A stretch of DNA of 64,000 bases. It comes from Octopus vulgaris. Its lineage: Eukaryota. The notes under the pieces are model-generated. The model did no database searches. It worked only from the letters and a program-made list of their open reading frames with translations, and was not told the origin of the DNA. The stretch lies in NCBI GenBank assembly GCA_951406725.2, contig OX597821.1, positions 66,960,001 to 67,024,000 of the forward strand. Direction: 5' to 3'. The position numbers and the translations under genes are program-made. This document shows, in pieces, positions 58,496 to 64,000 of the stretch (position 1 is its first letter; every line of letters starts with the position of its first letter).

Positions 58496-59104
58496 AGTGA
58501 GAGAGAGATGAAAATAAGACATTGAAAAGTAAATTATCTAGTCAATTCGAAACGTCAGGTCCTCATTAGTGATTAAAGAATCCAAAGATTTCACTGGTTA
58601 ATCACTATTATATAAGGCGACCGTCTCGATGATATGTTAGGTATTTTTATTGCAAAATATACTCTTAATATTGAAAGAAAGGAAATGGAGGATTATGGGT
58701 GCATAATTAATTTCTTTGTATGATATCATGATGCTAAAAGTTCTTTTTTTATAAAACAATACCAATAAATTATAAACTATTATGCGCAAAAAGAAATAGC
58801 AGATGTCAAAACCTACATATATGTTTCGATTCATACCCCTAGGTGATTCGTAATTCTAATAATTTGTGTTGGGTCATAAGCTAAGAACTGGTTATCATTT
58901 TCCAATATATGTGGCAGAATCACGTATGCCTATATATATATATATATATATATATAAATTGAAAGATAAAATGAATAAATGCCCTAATTGGTCAATGCAA
59001 TTATACACCATCCCATATTATCATAAATCGAACATAGATATATATTAAAAGCATCAGAGCATCCAATGGTAAAACCCAGTAGTGTAAAGAATCCAAGCAT
59101 GGAT

Positions 59105-59428
59105 TGGCTGTGGGGTAGGTAGCTTGCTTACCAACCACATAGTTCCGGGTTCATTCCCAGTGCGTGACACTTTGGGCAAGTGTCCTCTACTATAGCCTCG
59201 GGCCGACCAAAGCCTTGTGAGTGGATTTGGTAGACGGAAACTGAAAGAAGCTGGTCGTATATATGTGTATATATGTATGTGTGTGTATATTTGTGTGTCT
59301 GTGTTTGCCCCCCGTAATTTAGCGGTTCGGCAAAAGAGAACGATCGAATAAGTCCTAGAGACGATATGCTCGACTAAAGGCGGTGCTCCAACATGGCCGC
59401 AGTCAAATGACTGAAACAAGTAAAAAGT
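59105..59428 (+). mobile_element. SINE family A
   Basis: Head, body and tail. Confidence 0.85.
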
Positions 59429-59553
59429 ACACATATACGAATAAAAGGTGATAAAAACTAAAAGGGTAATATGAGGGAAGTGGAATGAATAAAAATTAAT
59501 CGATTAACTTAATTTAAGGCAATGAAACAAAAATAATATAAATAAAGGACAAC

Positions 59554-59807
59554 CAGAAAAGAGTCCATTCGAAATTGATCTCTACGATCGTTTCAAACGA
59601 CGTCGCCACACTTCGTTACTATAAAATATATTTAGGAAATCCAAAGGCAATGACCGTTTCGTCAGGAGAATATTCTCAAAAGCCTCAGATTTCTGGTGGT
59701 CTATCGATACCACACCAGAAATGTTAGACTTGGATTTTACATGAATGAAATGTGGCGACGTCTTTTGAAACGATCGTAAAGATGGATTTCCAATGGACTC
59801 TTCGCTG
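59554..59807. repeat. MITE-like inverted repeat (~55-85-bp arms) with structured interior
   Basis: AAGAGTCCATTCGAAATTGATCTCTACGATCGTTTCAAACGACGTCGCCACA pairs with TGTGGCGACGTCTTTTGAAACGATCGTAAAGATGGATTTCCAATGGACTCTT. Confidence 0.8.
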
Positions 59808-60356
59808 TAAGAAGGGCTTTCACTTCACAGTGGGCGTTTCTTATGAAATAGAGAAAGTACACACATTTCCGTCTAACAAATATACTCAAAAGGCATTGGC
59901 CGGCCCGCGACTACAATAAAAGACACTTGCCCAAGGTACCCGGAACTATGAGGTTGTCAAGCAAAGTTCTTAATGCTTCTTGCTAGGTGAGTTCCCGTTC
60001 AGCGACTGTGTACGAGAGTATTTTGATGATATTCATTCCTAAATATGAATATATCGTGCGTGTGAGAGTCTGTGAACTAATGAAAAGATAACGCGATGAT
60101 CTGATGAATGTTTGTAGGTGTCTGAGTCGCAAATAGCAAATAGAAATGTTTAATCAATGGTTATTACGAACTTATCCCATTCACAAACACGGAAAGCAAT
60201 TGGAATCTTATTCAGTCATTCATTGCAGAGACATTTGTTTTAAAAAGAGATCAATTTGGATTATTCTCGGCCTACAATGGTGTTAGCAGAAGACTGTCCA
60301 GAAAGAAGACAGTTAAATAAAGAAAGATAGACATATTGATGCCCAATACAACATAC

Positions 60357-60409
<53 letters not shown>

Positions 60410-60544
60410 CAGCAGCAACAGTAGCAGAAGTAGAATGGAGGCATGCGCTGTTAGAGAGTGTCGCTACATCCACCTTTTGCTGGCGATTCCCTACTCCTGG
60501 CGCCTCTCAGGCGACAACCTTCCCTCCCATGGGAACTAAAAATA

Positions 60545-61405
60545 GGCGGGATAAAGAAAAGAATGCATAGGCAATTTCAATGGGATGTTGAAGTTAAGAC
60601 AGACAGAGAAAAAAGATCGCTATGGATGACTAAAATTGATTTAAAACCAGAAACGGAGGCTCTAATCTGTGCTGCCCAAGAGCAAGCATTAAGAACGAAT
60701 TACATCAATTACAGAATAGACATCACATCAGAAAGTGATAAGTGCAGAATTTGTGGACAAAATGGTGAAACCGTATGGCATATTACCAGCGAATGTACTC
60801 CATTAATCTAGAAAGAATATAAGAGACGTCATGACAATATAGCAAGGATTGTCCATTGGACACTTTGCAAAAAGAATGGACTTGACAGAGCAAAAAAGTG
60901 ATACGAACATAAACTTGAAGGCATCATTGAAAATGATAATGCAAAGATCCTATGAGATTTTGATCCAGCGCAACCATGGGTCGGAGAATAGGAAACTAGA
61001 TATAGTGTTAATTGAGAAAGAAAGCAAACGATGCGGCATCATAGATATAGCATGCTAAGCTGACAAGGTATGCGAGAAGGAAGAAAAAAAGTCGAAAGAT
61101 ATGACAGGTTAGCTTGGGAGGTTAAGCAGTTGCGGTCGCTGAAAAAAAGTGGTAGTAGTAACAGTAATTGTGTGAGCCCCGAGAACAGTGAATAAAAATC
61201 TTGAGAAGTACATGAAACAAGTAGGGGCAGCAATAAGGGTGGGGCACTTGCAAAAACAGCACTCCTTGGAACTGCTCGAATACTCCGGATAGTGCTCTAA
61301 AAATAAGGGGTGTTACCTTAGTTCACTGGTAGTGAACAGCTGACACCGTAGTACATCTCTAGCGTTAGAGGCTGTGCAAAGGCAATTATAATAATAATGA
61401 TAATA
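60545..61405 (+). mobile_element. R4/Dong-like RLE LINE 3' portion, decayed
   Basis: LKPETEALICAAQEQALRTNY, KCRICGQNGETVWHITSEC (CCHC), RRHDNIARIVHW, RKLDIV...IIDIAC, TALLGTARILR, and a (TAA)n tail. Confidence 0.9.
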
Positions 61406-63274
61406 ACAAATTCAATCCCTTAAAATTTGAAATAGGAAGAATTTGGTGCATGAGAACAGCATGAGGCGTCAAAGTGGGGAGTAGTCGACCCCAGTGCTCA
61501 GTTGATACTTATTTTATCGACCTTTTAGTGGTGAAATCAAAGTTGACCACAACTTGATTTGATATCTGAATGTAAAGATTAAAAAGAATTATTGCTTTGC
61601 AAGTCCGACGCCCTAAAAGTCGCGCCCAATACAATAAAAAGAAAGTGAGAAATATACAGTCTACGTATAGTAGCTAGTAAAATTACCGAGGTGACAGCTT
61701 ATAACACTTTTCTACGACACACGTATCAAATATACGCCTTCTACGATGATAACAAACGGCATCAACAGTAAAATACATTACTGCAAAAATCTAGAATCTT
61801 TAAACCATAACTATTATGTTTAAAAATAGTTGTTAAAGATATTACTTTGAGTAAAATGATACAATAAAAGACATGCTTTTGAAAACACTCCACAAAAGTT
61901 ATTTAGGAAGATATTCAGTAACAAAACAGGGACTAATATGATACCCTGTAAAGAAATGTTAGAAATACTTTGGAATCAATTTTGGTAAAATTAATTATGT
62001 ATAACAGAAAAAATAGATGTCTAGTGTGCGGTGTTTCAAGGATAGAATTTGAGAAAGTATATTCTCAGATTATTGCAATATCTTATTTGATGTGAGATTT
62101 GTGTAAACAACTTCGGGAACTAAAACTCTGGTGCCGAAACAAGCTCAACACTAATAGCGAACGTCTGAAAACATTCTAAATGTATTGGACTAAGAAGTGT
62201 AACTCCGTATGAGAAGACATACCTGATAAGCACGACCATACCCACCAGTCACAGCCCAATAATGCAGGCTTGATCAGAAATAAGCTGTATCCATAACAGA
62301 ATTGTTTTCCTTGAGCCATGAGTTTGCTGGTCGGCGTTTAACTTTTTGACATTCATTTCATTTCCCAAATCCACTCGCAAAGACCTACATTAGCATATAC
62401 TTGTCAAGAAACAAATTAGAATTCAAATTCAGACTTTACCAATCATTTAGAGCTCCACTTTTGTAATCAGACTCTAACATTCGAAACTCACAAATATTCA
62501 CTTTCTTGCAGAGTTAGATCTATTTACTGATTTCAGACTATTTTATTATACTTTGTTAACATTTTCAACATTTTTTTTTACCTCTGTATAATATTATTTA
62601 AATTTCTAATCTTTGACACAAGATTCGTTGTTGTTATGCACTTCAAATTACTAAATATATATTTAATATATACATTAATATATTTCTTCCCTCGACACAA
62701 ATGAATATGCTATGTATATAAATTTATAGCATAATTAATCTTTCTAATTGCTTTCGTTAGCTTTTTTCATCTTGATTAAATAAGAATTTTTATTACTGTA
62801 TATGACTTTTTCAATATAATAATTAATACAGTGTTTGATTATATTTCCTTTGTATCATCATGTACCTCAATTAGGTGTTTCGTTATATTGTTAAATTCGA
62901 TATGTTGTAAAACATTTTATTACTATGAGGTAAAATTCATTATACACCGGTACAATTAATCTGGCTCTCCAATAAATTTACACGAAGGATATCACTATCA
63001 TTTCGTCCCCTAACATGTTAAGAGGTCAGTCTATATTTGGACCACGTATATCATTATTTAATTATTCATTTTTGACTTTTGATTTAAGTACGATTATAAC
63101 TATAATTTTCTGTAATTATTACCACTAATCTGCTCTAATTCACAACTATATATTCACTAATCTTGAAACATTCTGTAAACAATTCATCGACATCAGTGAA
63201 ACTTGAAGCCTTACTATAACGTATATCAACGGGTGTATAAACATATCTTTTATCGCCTTGTTTAAACTTATGTA

Positions 63275-63684
63275 CTCTTTTTCTTGTTTCAGTCATTTGA
63301 CTGTGGCCATGCTGGAGCACCGCCTTTAGTCGAGCAAATCGACCCCAGGACTTATTCTTTGTAAGCCTATTCTATCGGTCTCTTTTGCTGAACCGCTAAG
63401 TACGGGGATGTAAACACACACGCATCAGTTGTCAAGCGATGTTGTGTGCGTGTGTGTGGGGCATACACAGACACACATACACACAAACATATACGCACAC
63501 ATACATACATACACACATATATATATACACATATATACGACGGGCTTCTTTAAGTTTCCGTCTACCAAATTCACTCACAAGGCTATAGTAGAAGACACTC
63601 GCCCAAGGTGCCACGCAGTGGGACTGAACCCGGAACCATGGGGCTAGTAAACAAGCTACTTATCACACAGCCACTCCTGCGCCT
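63275..63684 (-). mobile_element. SINE family A, full length
   Basis: Head at 63684, internal microsatellite, tail. Confidence 0.88.
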
Positions 63685-63687
63685 ACA

Positions 63688-63727
63688 GTGGAGACGCTGG
63701 GGATTGAACCCGGAGTCTTTCACATGT
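63688..63727 (-). pseudogene. tRNA (Ala-like) 3'-half fragment
   Basis: Minus strand CATGTGAAAGACTCCGGGTTCAATCCCCAGCGTCTCCA gives a T-arm/B box and the acceptor 3' strand; no 5' half. Confidence 0.55.
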
Positions 63728-63880
63728 ATTGATGCCTAGTTGAAATTTAGCCTTTAAATTTTCGGTTGGATCATCTCTAACATTTCGAAAGATTTTGTTA
63801 ATACATATTCATATACAACTCATATATTCACTCACAGCTTTTTCGCTTTGTCTAGATTACATATAACAAATTACAATGAG

Positions 63881-63924
<44 letters not shown>

Positions 63925-64000
63925 ATATTCATATATATGCGGCACCCCATCATAGCCGCAATTTATATGAGTGGATCAAATAAAAGAATAAACATACTTA

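Overview
This is AT-rich, microsatellite-saturated eukaryotic DNA with no confidently recognisable host gene, so it is probably intronic or intergenic. The repeat families look like those of a coleoid cephalopod (Octopus-like); that assignment is an inference. Most listed ORFs are translations of simple repeats. The real coding remnants all come from transposons: a full-length decayed DD34D mariner (TIRs plus TA duplication), a second mariner scrap, a hAT C-terminus, CR1-group, RTE, R4/Dong-type (RLE) and Tx1/L1 LINE ends, and Penelope-like GIY-YIG ends. Three tRNA-derived SINE families (my labels A, B, C) and a ~557-bp head-less element tied to (TAA)n (my label D) recur. The most notable signals are: (1) several unrelated fold-back elements carrying minimal type I hammerhead-ribozyme-like cores, either at the hairpin apex or mirrored in both arms; (2) a SINE-B subfamily with a Tx1-like tail that repeatedly joins at the same position inside other SINE-B heads; (3) a covarying 3' stem-loop shared by SINE-A and CR1-group LINEs; and (4) a near-perfect inverted duplication of a LINE 3' end. 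All alignments and folds were done by eye.
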